Source: Scyliorhinus canicula (taxonomy: Eukaryota). From it: a stretch of 64,000 nucleotides of DNA. The stretch lies in NCBI RefSeq assembly GCF_902713615.1, contig NW_024055500.1, positions 124,001 through 188,000 on the forward strand. The letters are read 5' to 3'. The notes beneath the pieces are model-generated. The model was not told where the DNA came from, ran no database searches, and was given only the letters and a program-made list of their open reading frames with translations. Position numbers and translations under genes: made by a program. This document shows positions 38,739 through 49,716 of the stretch, piece by piece. Position 1 is the first letter of the stretch. Every line of letters begins with the position of its first letter.

Positions 38739-38798
38739 TTGCCTGGGATACCAACAAGCTAGTATTTGGTGTTGGGTCAAAACTCGCTGTGGAACCCT
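38739..38798 (+). pseudogene. J12 (probably non-functional): AWDTNKLVFGVGSKLAVEP
   Basis: Open J-like frame related to J7/J9, but the aligned heptamer is CGTTCTG, no nonamer is found and the donor is weak (GTCAAA). Confidence 0.7.
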
Positions 38799-40998
38799 GT
38801 CAAACTTTTAAAGTTTTCAATTTGTACCTGGTGCTCACAAACAATACGATAATGTCCTGTTCTAAGACAAAAGCACACATGCAGGCATACACATACACAC
38901 ACGCAGACCCAAGCAATGTATTTGTATATTTGTATGTATTTCTAGTAGGGGAGAGGGGTTTAAGTGAAATGAAAATGAAATGAAATGAAAATCGCTTATC
39001 GTCACAAGTAGGCTTCAATGAAGTTACTGTGAAAAGCCGCTAGTCGCCACATTCCGGCACCTGTTCGGGGAGGCTGATACAGGAATTGAACCGTGCTGCT
39101 GGCCTACATTGGTCTGCTTTAAAAGCCAGCGATTTAGCCCAGCGTGCTAAACCAGCCCCAGTCGACCACTGTCAATCTTGCCTGGGAGAGAGCGCAACCC
39201 AGGGTCACCAGACTAAAGTTAGGTATGCTGACTTAATTTTAGGAGAAAGGATTGAGGAGAATGGACTTCCAGTCAGTAGAGTTAGGAAGAATGAGGAGTG
39301 ATCCAATTTCAGCCTGCACAATGCTTAGAAGGCGCAACAGGGAAGGTGGAGATTGGATGTTTCCCCGGGCTGGAGAGATTAGAAGCAGTAGACGGTCTCA
39401 GAATCAGGGGTAGACCATTGAAGACTTTATATAGAACATAGAACATAGAACAGTACAGCACAGAACAGGCCCTTCGGCCCTCGATGTTGTGCCGAGCAAT
39501 GATCACCCTACTCAAACCCACGTATCCACCCTATACCCGTAACCCAACAACTCCCCCCCTTAACCTTACTATTAGGACACTACGGGCAATTTAGCATGGC
39601 CAATCCACCTAACCCGCACATCTTTGGACTGTGGGAGGAAACCGGAGCACCCGGAGGAAACCCACGCACACACGGGGAGGACGTGCAGACTCCACACAGA
39701 CAGGGGGGTCTTCAGTCAGAGGGTGGTGAATCTTTGGAATACTGTACCCCAGCGGGCCCTAGAGTCTCAGTAATGGAGAATGATTGAGATATAAACGAAT
39801 AGATTTCCGGAGTCCAATGATATCAAGGGATGCGGGGAAAGTGTGGAAAAGTGTCATTGAGGGGAATGATCAGGCATGGTTTAATTGAATGACGGAGCCG
39901 GTTTGGCGGCCTGTAAGCTCTACTCTTGCTCCTATGTTCACTGATTGCGGTGGTCGTGTCGTGGTATTGTCTGGTTTTAGCAATTCAGGGACGCAGGGTA
40001 ATGCACTGGGGGCCAGGCGTCGAGTCCCACAGCGAAATTTGAATTCAACAAACGTCTGGAATGGAAAGTCTGAAAGGAACTTGAGCTATGAGGTTGAATA
40101 AACTTGGTTTGTCCTCACTGGAACGACGGAGGTCGAGGTGAGGCCTGATTGAGGTCTACAAAATTATGAGGGGCATAGGCAGAGTGGATAGTGAGAGACT
40201 TTTTCCCAGGGTGGAGGGGTCAATTACGAGGGGGCATAGGTTTAAGGTGCGAGAGGCAAGGTTTAGAGGAGATGTACGAAGCAAGTTTTTTTACACAGAG
40301 GGTAGTGGGTGCCTGGAACTCGCTGCCGGAGGAGGTGGAGGAAGCAGGGACGACAGTGACGTTTCAGGGGCATCTTGACAAATACATGAATCGGATGGGA
40401 ATAGAGGGATACGGACCCAGGAAGTGTAGAAGATTTTAGTTTAGACGGGCAGCATGGTCGGCACAGGCTTGGAGGGCCGAAGGGCCTGTTCCTGTGCTGT
40501 ACTTTTCTTTGTTCTTTGAAACGATTGCTGTAAAAACCCATTTGGCCCTTTAGGGAAGTAACTCTTCTGTCCCTGACCTGGCCTACATATAACTCTAAAC
40601 TGCCGCACCACTCCCACATGGCCTAGCAAGGCTCTCAGTTTAAGAGGAATTGGGACGGGCAATAAATCGCACGCATCTCTTGAATGAATCAATACACATA
40701 TATTGTTCGAGGGTAGCAGGTACAGTCGGGAGAAACTGGTCTTAGACAGACTTCACGTTGATAGAATGTTGGAGTGTCCAAAGGCATCATTATTTATTGG
40801 AGGCAGATAAGTCAATGACTATCACCTGCAGCTGAAAAGCTTCTACACCTCGTAGGATTCATTTTAGCATTTACCAAATATAAGCAGAGCTACACCGGAG
40901 TTAATGACTGCTCCAGCAAAAAAATATTGCAGAGAATTGGCTGAAATCTGCAACAGCTGTACTTATAGAAGTTTTCTACCTGATAAATTGGCACTGTG

Positions 40999-41048
40999 CT
41001 ACGCTAAGACAACTTTCGACAGCGGCACACAAGTGTCAGTTGTATTAA
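40999..41048 (+). CDS. J13: YAKTTFDSGTQVSVVL (FDSG variant)
   Basis: CACTGTG 40992-98 with nonamer GTTTTCTAC 40971-79; donor GTAAGT at 41049; first Gly of FGxG replaced by Asp. Confidence 0.75.
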
Positions 41049-43718
41049 GTAAGTCTGCAGTTTGTGTTTTTTTTTTCCATTTCTCCTCCATCATCTCGTT
41101 TTCTGTGGTAAGTAGTTTAGTCAAGTTAGGCACAGAGCGATCACATTAGAATTAGAATTAGAATTAGAACAGTACAGCACAGAACAGGCCCTTTGGCCCT
41201 CGATGTTGTGCCGAGCAATGATCACCCTACTCAAGCCCACGTATACCTATACCAGTAACCCAACAACCCCCCCATTAACCTTATTTTTTAGGACACTAAG
41301 GGCAATTTAGCCTGGCCAATCCACCTAACCCGCACATCTTTGGACTGTGGGAGGAAACCGGAGCACCCGGAGGAAACCCACGCACACACGGGGAGGACGT
41401 GCAGACTCCACACAGACAGTGACCCAGCCGGGAATCGAACCTGGGACCCTGGAGCTGTGAAGCATTTATGCTAACCACCATGCTACCGTGCTGCCCCCTG
41501 ATTAAAAGCAGGAAATAACAGCTTTAATCCATCTCATATTAGCTATGCGTTAAAGGTACATTGGCAAGGATTTCAAACTCTAAGCTTCAGTACATGGTTT
41601 TGAATTGAAAAGAGCAACTGTGTATTGCTAACGAGATAGGAAACTTCTATCCAGCGAGTTGACTGCCAAATAAATAGGAAGATGAGCAGAACTTCATCTT
41701 TCATTCTCAACAGGCATTTATTTTGATAGTTTTAAACTTCTAATTGAAATCTGCTACTTCTATTTAAAATCAAGTATGTTGCCATAACACAGGTGAGGAA
41801 CAGATCCCTGTACTATCACTTCCATTTAATGACCTCTTCAATGCATTAATTGATTCCTCCTCCACCAGACCTTCAGGCAGTCGATTCCAGACCCAAACCA
41901 TTCACTGTGTGGAAAAGTTTTTTTTCCCTCACATCACATGTTCCATTTTAGAAATCGCGTTTAATCTGTTCCCTCACATTCTCGATCCTTTTCCGAGTGG
42001 GAACAGTGTCTGCCTATCTACCCTGTCCGACCCCTCATGGATCGAACCTCTCTGACAAATCTCCTCTTAGCCTTCTTCTCTCCAAGGGGGAACATTCCCA
42101 ATCTCTCCAATCTATCCTCACCACTGAAGTTTCTCATCCCTGGATGCATTCTTGTCAACCTTTTCTGTACTCTCTCCAACATGTTCATATCCTTTTTTTT
42201 TATAAATTTAGAATATCCAATTCATTTTTTCCAATTAAGGGGCAATTTAACGTGGCCAATCCACCTAGGCTGCACATCTTTGGGTTGTGGGGGTGAAACC
42301 CACGCAGACACGGGGAGAATGTGCAAACTCCTCACAGACAGTGACCCAGGGCCGGGATTCGAACCCGGGTCCTCAGCGCCGTAGGCAGCAATGCTAACCA
42401 CTGTGCCACCGTGCCGCCCCTTTTTTTTTTTTTTTTTTTTAAATAATTTTAGATCACCCAATTATTTTTTCCAATTAAGGGGCAATTTAGCGTGGCCAAT
42501 CCACCTACTCTGCACATTTTTGGGTTGTGGGGGCGAACCGGGATCGAACCTGGGATCTCAGCGCCGTGAGGCGGGTGTGCTAACCACTAGGCCACCGTGC
42601 TGCCCTGTTCATATCCTTCTTATAGTGTCGCACCCGCAATGGTGCACAAAATTCCAGCTGCGATGTAACTAGTGTCTTATACAAGTTCAACATTACCTCC
42701 TTGTTCTTGTGCTCTGTGGCCCTGTTAATGTAGCCCAGAATGCTATACCCACAGCTCTCTCAGCAAACACACAGAGTATCTTACGGTTATGATACGATGA
42801 GCATACTGATTTCAAAGTCATGATTCTGCAGGATAATTCCACCAGTAATTGGTTTCTGATCGATGTTTAAGAAATTAAATCACCAGGGGATGAAAAGTGC
42901 TTTGTTATCCCTCTCATGTCCTTTTCAAGTGTTGTTTTTAGCACCTATACTTTCTAAGGTAGTGGCGATCGCAGGTTGGGCCAACATTTGTTGCCTATCC
43001 CTAATTGTCTCTTGAACTGAATGGCAAGCTGGGCCATTTCATAGAATTTACAGTGCAGAAGGAGGCCATTCAGCCCATCGAGTCTGCACCGGCTCTTTGA
43101 TAGAGCACCCTACCCAAGCCCACACCTCCACCCTATCCCCATAACTCAGTAAGCCCACCCAACACTAAGGGCAATTGTGTACACGAAGGGCAATTTAGCA
43201 CGGCCAATCCACCTAACCCGCACATCTTTGGACTGTGGGAGGAAACCGGAGCACCCGGAGGAAACCCACGCAGACACGGGGAGGACGTGCAGACTCCGCA
43301 CAGACAGTGACCCAGCCGGGAATCGAACCTGGGACCCTGGAGCAGTGAAGCAATTGTGCTAACCACTGTGCTACCGTGCTGCCCTAAGGGCGAGTTAAGA
43401 GTCAGCCACATTGCTGTGGGTCTGGAGTAAGATGTAGGCCAGATCAGGTGAGGACGACAGAGTTCCCTCCATAAAGGACATTAGTGAACCAGATGGGTGT
43501 TTGGAAGAACCCACCACGGTTTCCTGGCCAAACGTTCCTGCGACTTGCCTTCAACTCCAGATGTTATCAATGGAATTTGAATTCCAGCAGCTGCCATGGA
43601 GGGAATTAAACACAGAATAGTAGTCATGGCCTCTGCATTTCTAGTTCAGTTATCGTTTCCTCAGGGGCTTAGGAAACGTGAAGGCGAAGGAAAGTTGAAT
43701 GGAAGAGGGGGAATCATT

Positions 43719-44409
43719 GGGCAAAATTCTCCGACCCCCACGACGGGTCGGAGAATAGCGGGAGGGCCTTCCCGACATTTTTCCCGCCCTCCCGCTATTC
43801 TCCCCCCCCCCCCCCCCAACTCCCGACACGAATCGCTGCCGCCGTTTTTTTACGGCCGGCAGCAATTCACAGCTGTTCGATGGGCCGAAGTCCCAGCCCT
43901 TTACGCTGTTTTTACGAACGGCAAACAGACCTGGTCTGGCCGTTCGTAAAAACGGCGGGAACAACTCGCTTTTTATAACCATGGCACCGATTGGCACGGT
44001 AGTACCACGGCCGTGCCAAGGGTGCCATGGGCCCGCGATCGGTGGGCACCGATCGCGGGCAGCGGGCCCGATGCCCGCGCACTATTTGTCCTTCCGCCGC
44101 CCCGCAGTATCCATTCGCGGGGCGGCTGAGGGGCATCCCGGCCCGCGCATGCGCGGGTTTCGCGCAAATACGCGATGACGTCATCCGCGCATGCGCAGGG
44201 TTGGAGTCTTCCAATCCGCGCATGCCGGCTGACGTCATATGACGCGTCAGCCGGCGCTAACTCCGGCAAGCGGGCTTAACGAAATTCGTTAAGCCCGTGA
44301 TGCCGGAGCTTGCGGCGTCGGGCTGCTAGCCCCGACCGGGGACCAGAATCGGTTCCCGGTCGAGAAGGGGCGCGCTTACGATTTCTCCCGTTTTGGGAGA
44401 ATCGCGCCC
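43719..44409. mobile_element. GC/CpG-rich non-autonomous DNA transposon (MITE), PIF/Harbinger-like
   Basis: Imperfect TIRs GGGCAAAATTCTCC...GGAGAATCGCGCCC, 3-bp TSD ATT (43716-18 and 44410-12), many internal palindromes, no coding capacity. The superfamily call rests only on the GGG termini and 3-bp TSD. Confidence 0.7.
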
Positions 44410-44560
44410 ATTGTACTTGCTTCTGGAGGCAACATGAGATCTCTGTGAAAATAAATCGAATCTCAAAATATGCTGCACATTCAAATGTAGGCAAGAAACA
44501 CGTCTTTACAATGCCTTTCATGTGGGTACGGTAGATCTTGTAGCGTCTGGCATCACTGTG

Positions 44561-44620
44561 CTGGCTATGATACCAGAAAGCTCACATTCGGCAGTGGGTC
44601 CAAACTCAATGTAGAACCCA
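44561..44620 (+). CDS. J14: GYDTRKLTFGSGSKLNVEP
   Basis: AGATCTTGT 44533-41, 12 bp, CACTGTG 44554-60; FGSG; donor GTAAGT at 44621. Confidence 0.9.
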
Positions 44621-45642
44621 GTAAGTCATCTATTCGCTTGATTTTGTGTCTGGTTATACCAGTAGAAAAGTGTGTTTCAATTATAATGCATCTGCTGAGC
44701 ATTTATGTCGTACAATAGATGTTGGTGTGTTGGGTGGAGCTGGAGGTGAAAGGATAAAATATCCTCTGGCAACTTGAAAATCAAAATCGCTTATTGTCAC
44801 AAGTAGACTTCAAATGAAAATGAAATGAAAATCGCTTATTGTCACGAGTAGGCTTCAATGAAGTTACTGTGAAAAGCCCCTAGTCGCCACATTCCGGCGC
44901 CTGTCCGGGGATCGAACCGTGCTGCTGGCCTGCTTGGTCTGCTTTAAAAGCCAGCGATTTAGCTGAGCGAGCTAAACCAGCCCCTTTCAAAGCCAGCGAT
45001 TTAGCCCTGTGCCTAACCAGCCCCTAGCTAAACCAGCCCCTCGGGGTTTAGAATTTAAAATGAAAAGATCATTAGAATCTTACAACAACAGAGGATTCTG
45101 TTCGCCCCATCGGTCTTGCTTCACGAATAGTTAGTTCATAGTTGTAGAGTTCCTGCAGTACAGAAAGAGGTTATTCGGCTGTCAAGAAGCTGTCTATTCT
45201 CATCCAATTTTCTGGCACTTAGTCTGTAGCCTTGAAAGCTGTGGCGTTTTAAGTGCTCATCTAAAACCTTCTTAAATGTTTTGAGGGTTCCTGCCTCTAC
45301 CGCCCTTTCAGGCTGCGAGTTCCAGATTCCCACTACCCTCTGGGTGAAAACTGTTTCCTCAAATACCCTCTAAATCTCCTGCCCCTCACCTTAAATCTAT
45401 GTCGCTTGGATATTGACTTCTCTACGAAGGGGAAAAGTTACTTCCCATCTGCCCTATCTATGTCCCTCATAATGTTGTACGTTCAGCCCCCCCCCCCCCC
45501 CCCCACTCTAACAAGCCTCTCTTCAGAGCTGAAACATTCCAGCCCAAGCAACATCCAGCTGAATCTCCTCTGCAACCTCTTAGTGCAATCCTATCCTTCC
45601 CAAAATCTGGCGACCTGTACAGCACCCAATACCTAAAGTCTA

Positions 45643-45990
45643 GGGCAGCACGGTAGCATGGTGGTTAGCATAAATGCTTCACAGCTCCAGGGTCCCAGGT
45701 TCGATTCCCGGCTGGGTCACTGTCTGTGTGGAGTCTGCACGTCCTCCCCGTGTGTGCGTGGGTTTCCTCCGGGTGCTCCGGTTTCCTCCCTCAGTCCAAA
45801 GATGTGCGGGTTAGGTGGATTGGCCATGCTAAAAATTGCCCGTAGTGTCCTAAAAAGTAAGGTTAAGGGGTGGGGGGTTGTTGGGTTACGGGTATAGGGT
45901 GGATACGTGGGTTTGAGGAGGGTGATCATGGTTCGGCACAACATCGAGGGCCGAAGGGCCTGTTCTGTGCTGTACTGTTCTATGTTCTAT
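45643..45990 (+). mobile_element. tRNA-derived SINE family A, long HE1/SacSINE-like form (exemplar; dozens of copies in both orientations)
   Basis: Head gggcagcacggtagcatggtggttagca..ccaggttcgattcc (A/B-box-like) and CR1-like tail gggccgaagggcctgttctgtgctgtactgttctatgttcta. Other copies at about 7830-8158(-), 14047-14369, 15415-15690(-), 18404-18745, 20670-21015, 32070-32412, 41146-41495(-) and 57515-57835. Confidence 0.85.
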
Positions 45991-46837
45991 CCAGCGTTTC
46001 ATACAGCTCCATCATAAACTCCCTGCTCTTATATTCTATGTCTCGGCTATTAAAGGCAAATAACCCATATGCCTTCTTAACCACCTCATGTCCCTGCCCT
46101 TCTCCTTTTAGGAATCCATGGATATGCACCTCATAGTCCCTCTGCACTTGCGAACATCCTATTGTTCACTGTGCCTTGTTTGACATGCGAGAATGCATCA
46201 CCTCATACCTCTCAGGGTTAAATTCCGTTTGCCACAGCTCTGCCTATCTGACCAACCCGTCTATAATGCCCTGTAATCTAATTTACTCCCCCCACCCACA
46301 CACAAGTGAGCGAGATTTAACAGTACGTGAAAAACATTTAGATATCCTAGCGTTGACTCAATGGGAAATTTATGTACGGTGCTGCTCTAGAAATAATGAC
46401 TACTACATGAGGGGCACAGACAGAGTGGATAGTCAGAGGCTTTTCCCGAGGGTAGAGGAGTCAATTACTAGGGGGCATGGGTTCAAAGTGCGAGGGGCAA
46501 AGTTTAGAGGAGATGTACGAGGCAAGTTTCTTTTTTACACAGAGGGTAGTGGGTGCCTGGAACTCGCTGTCGGAGGAAGTGGTGGAAGCAGGGACGATAG
46601 TGACATTTAAGGGGCATCTTGATAAATACATGAATAGGATGGGAATAGAGGGATACGGACCCCTGAAGTGTAGAAAATTTTGGTTTAGACGGGCATGGTT
46701 GGCACAGGCTTGGAGGGCCGAAGGGCCTGTTCCTGTGCTTTGTTCTCTTTGTTAGTACAGTTTCTCTCATCCTCTGTGAACTAAATATGAATCAGCTGCC
46801 CCGATGCGAGGTTCCTGTCTATGCATGTGTTATTGTA

Positions 46838-46903
46838 CGTTGATTCATGACAATTCAGGGAGACTAACATTCGGCAGTGGCACCCAGTTGAAAGTTGTGC
46901 CAA
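46838..46903 (+). CDS. J15: LIHDNSGRLTFGSGTQLKVVP (doubtful RSS)
   Basis: GGTTCCTGT 46810-18, 12 bp, TATTGTA 46831-37 (heptamer lacks the terminal GTG); FGSG; donor GTAAGT at 46904. Confidence 0.75.
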
Positions 46904-47190
46904 GTAAGTATAAATGTATTTTAAGTAATCTGCTGGCCGGTGCCTAATGTGGGCAAAGAGCAAGGGTGGTGGGTGAGAGGAGAACAGGAAGGTGCACATC
47001 CAGCTCACCTCCCCCTAACCTTGCAGTGTCCCGGGGTTTGCAACTCTCGCCTCAGCAATATGACTTTGGTCAAAAAAAACACATCTTATGCATTAGATGT
47101 GGCCGTCCCTCATAGCCGTCCAGGCGATTTCAGGGTCAACCACTTTTTTGTGGTTGCCATCCTCTGGGCGGCAGAGTTTCTTCTCTAAAG

Positions 47191-47384
47191 GTCCTTGATG
47201 TGGAGATGCCGGCGTTGGACTGGGGTGAGCGCAGTAAGAAGTCTTCCAGCACCAGGTTAAAGTCCAACAGGTTTGTTTCAAACACGAGCTTTCGAAGCGC
47301 TGATTCACCTGAGGAAGGAGCAATGCTCCGAAATCTAGTGTTTGAAACAAACATGACTTTAACCGGGCGTTGGAAGACTTCTTA
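47191..47384. mobile_element. Penelope-like element terminus: long inverted repeat enclosing a minimal hammerhead ribozyme motif
   Basis: Inverted arms 47236-47285 and 47338-47383. Motif CAC-CTGAGGA-A-GGAGC/AAT/GCTCC-GAAA-TC-TA-GTG at 47306-47340. Confidence 0.65.
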
Positions 47385-49646
47385 AAGGGCATTAGTCAAA
47401 TAAATGGGCAGCACGGTAGTGTAGTGGTTAGCACAATTGCTTCACAGCTCCAGGGTCCCAGGTTCGATTCCCGGCTTGGTTCACTGTCTGTGTGGAGTCT
47501 GCACGTTCTCCCCGTGTCTGCGTGGGTTTCCTCCGGGTGCTCCGGTTTCCTCCCACAATCCAAAGATGTGCAGGTTAGGTGGATTGGCCGTGCTAAATTG
47601 CCCTTTGTGTTCAAAATTGCCCTTAGTGTTGGGTTGGGTGGGGTTACTGGGTTATGGGGATAGGGTGGAGATGTGGGCTTGGGTAGGGTGCTCTTTCAAA
47701 GAGCCGGTGCAGACTCGATGGGCCGAATGGCCTCCTTCTGCACTGTAAATTCTATGAAATGGATATCACGACAATGGTTTTGAAGATCTCATCTATTTTT
47801 GTCTCAAACGCAAATTGGCAATAGTACATTCACTTCCCTTGTCCAATCAAGAACATATATTATCAATAATTGTAGTCCCGGCTCTGATCCCTGTGGAACC
47901 ACATTAGTTACAGGTTGCCATTGTGAAAATCCTCTCTGATCCCAACTCTCCGCCTTCCATCACTTGGCCAATCCTCTATCCGTGCTAATATCCCACTCCA
48001 GAGCAATGGGTTTTAATTATCCGGTACTTTATCGAATTCCTTTGGCTGAAATAATAATATGCAAACCATTAAACTAAGGTCAATTGCTTCTAGATTTTGT
48101 TAAGCTATTTCACGTGACCTGGGCTCCGATGCCTGTTTTTGCCTATCCTTAATGTCCCTTGAACTGGGTTGCTGGCTAAGCCATTTGAGAGGGTCGTTAA
48201 CAGTCAATTCCATTGCTGTGGACCTGGGGGGTACAAAAGCAACCGATGATCATATAGAATCATAGAATTTACAATGCAGAAGGAGGCCATTTGGCCCATA
48301 GAAAGTGCACCCGACACACCCCACTTCACTCTATCTCCGTAACCCCTTTTGGACACACTCAGGGCAATTAAGCATGGACAATCCACCTAACCTGCACACA
48401 CTCATTGGCGTTGTTACTATAACTGGAGATCTCGACTTCTAATTGAATTGAAAATGCAGTGAGTGCCGTGTTGGGAGTTGAAACTCGAGTTCGAGACCAT
48501 TAGCCGGGGTTCCGCTTTGCCAATTCAGTGACAAAGCCACTTCCTCACCATGATGTTGCTTGAGGGTTGTTCGTTAAGTGTCAGTTAAAGGCATGTTAGG
48601 GAACCAGATAGCACTGAGAGAGACAATTCGACTCACGTTACCTTGCTGGGCTTTATAAAGAATTAACATCCAGTACCAATTCCCAGCACTTCCCCCCCCC
48701 CCCCCCCCCCCCCCCCAGTCTTCTATATTTCCTGTGAAACACACCAACGTACAATTTGCCTTCCTGACTGCTGATTATGCTTGCTTTCAGTGACCAGTGC
48801 CCTAGGAGACGTTATTTGCTTCCTCTTTCATCACAAATCCAGTTACCTTTCGGGAGTCTCTATTCCATTCGGGGCTGGTTTAGCACAGGAGGGGCTGGTT
48901 TAGCACAGGGCTCAATCGCTGGCTTTTAACGCAGACTAAGGCAGGCCGGCAGCACGGTTCAATTCCCGTACCAGCCTCCCCGAACAGGCGCCGGAATATG
49001 ATGACTAGGGGCTTTTCACGGTAACTTCATTTGAAGCCTATTTGTGACAATAAGCAATTTTCACATCATTTAATTTTCATTCATTATCTTTCACCCAGCG
49101 CTCAGACAGGGAAACATCGATTATAGTGCCTGATGGCGGGAAACAAAAAGTCCTTAAGTAACTGCGCCATTTTTTGTCAACTATGGGCAGCACGGTAGTG
49201 CAAGTGGCTAGCACTGTGGCTTTACAGCGCCAGGGTCCCAGGTTCGATTCCGGCTTGGGTCACCGTCTGTGCGGAGTCTGCACGTTCTCCCCGTGTCTGC
49301 GTGGGTTTCCTCCGGGTGCTCCGGTTTCCTCCCACAGTCCAAAGACATGCAGGTTAAGCGGATTTGCCGTGCTAAATTGCCCCTTAGTGGCCAAAACATT
49401 TAGGAGGGGTGATTGGGTTACAGGGATAGGGTGGAAGTGAGGGCCTAAGTGGGGCAGCAGGGAGTCGATGGGCCGATTGTCCTCCTTCTGCACTGTATGT
49501 TCTATATTCTACGTTTTAACTTTCGTGATTAGCCCCTCTCCAGAGCAAACGTTTTCCCTCTCTCTGATATTCAAATAATATTGCCATAGAGTTATGGAAA
49601 CTAACCAGCAGGTTGTCAGGTTTTGATGCAGAGATATTGCAGTGTG

Positions 49647-49716
49647 TTACTTGTGGGGAACTGAGAGAGACGTAATCTCATATTCGGAAGTGGGACCAAA
49701 TTAATTGTAAAACCAA
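49647..49716 (+). pseudogene. J16: LLVGN*ERRNLIFGSGTKLIVKP (in-frame stop near 5' end)
   Basis: GGTTTTGAT 49619-27, 12 bp, CAGTGTG 49640-46; FGSG; donor GTGAGT at 49717; TGA at 49662-64 next to a (GA)4 run. Confidence 0.8.

Noticed and set aside
43596-44534. Overlapping GC-rich ORFs as a novel gene or transposase
   Set aside because: They arise from low stop-codon frequency in the palindromic MITE, with no recognisable domain or splice structure.
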